A stretch of 64,000 bases of DNA from Oopsacas minuta. Its lineage: Eukaryota; Animalia; Porifera. Below, piece after piece: positions 63,326 to 64,000 of the stretch. The stretch spans positions 402,395 to 466,394 of the forward strand of contig JAKMXF010000306.1 of the NCBI GenBank assembly GCA_024704765.1, in the 5' to 3' direction. Under the pieces are notes generated by a model that saw nothing but the letters and a program-made list of their open reading frames with translations, ran no database searches and was not told the origin of the DNA. Every line of letters starts with the position of its first letter. Position 1 is the stretch's first letter. Both the position numbers and the translations under genes were made by a program.

Positions 63326-64000
63326 AGAAATTAGCTGAACAATGTATGTAATTCTCAATCCGTTTCATAATTCCAAACATAGAATTTGGAAAGTATGCTG
63401 TACAAAGTATTAGCAGTTAATTTCAAGTGTTACAATACATGGCATACAATATAGTAGAAAGCATAGCATTCATCAGTTTTAATTAGTACAACACACAATG
63501 TAATAGCTGAACTAGGTATGTAATTCTCAATCCGTTTCATAATTCCACGCATAGAATTTGTACAGTATGCTGTACAATGTATTAGCAGTTAATTTCAAGT
63601 GTTACAATACATAGCATACAATATAGTAGAAAACATAGCATTCATCTGTTTTTAATTAGTACAACACATAATGTAATTAGCTGAACCAGGTATGTAATTC
63701 TCAATCTGTTTCATAATTCCACACATAGAATTTGTACAGTATGCTGTACAATGTATTAGCAGTTAATTTCAAGTGTTACAATACATGGCATACAATATAG
63801 TAGAAAACATAGCATTCATCTGTTTTTAATTAGTACAACACATAATGTAATTAGCTGAACTAGGTATGTAATTCTCAATCCGTTTCATAATTCCACACAT
63901 AGAATTTGTACAGTATACTGTACAAAGTATTAGCAGTTGATTTCAAGTGTTACAATACATGGCATACAATATAGTAGAAAGCATAGCATTCATCAGTTTT
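63326..64000 (+). repeat. Homogeneous ~174-bp satellite block running off the window
   Basis: TAGCTGA at 63332, 63504, 63678 and 63852; monomers 2 and 3 differ at about 4 of 174 positions. Confidence 0.97.

Overview
AT-rich eukaryotic (animal) genomic DNA, dominated by nested class II DNA transposons. Recognisable families: P/THAP (at least five P-type elements in 1.5-20 kb, one nearly intact), hAT (ZMYM1-like, Buster x2, Ac/ZBED-like, ZNF862-like, MITEs), Tc1, mariner x3, pogo/Tigger, Mutator, PIF/Harbinger, several foldback MITEs and possible Helitron-like ends. I recognised no retrotransposon, rRNA, tRNA or CRISPR. Host genes: two minus-strand exons of a Shark/HTK16-like SH2-ankyrin kinase gene, which splice in frame across a 24.2-kb TE-filled intron, and a small intronless 3-TM protein (weakly TMEM243-like). 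The window ends in a ~174-176-bp satellite array that flips orientation twice and becomes near-homogeneous at the right edge. The most striking candidate system is a TSD-intact Mutator derivative with a 263-bp near-perfect inverted duplication of its own transposase 5' region, an architecture like maize Mu killer. An amplification or assembly chimera is not excluded. All calls are by eye and from remembered motifs; no database searches were run, and the species cannot be determined from the sequence.
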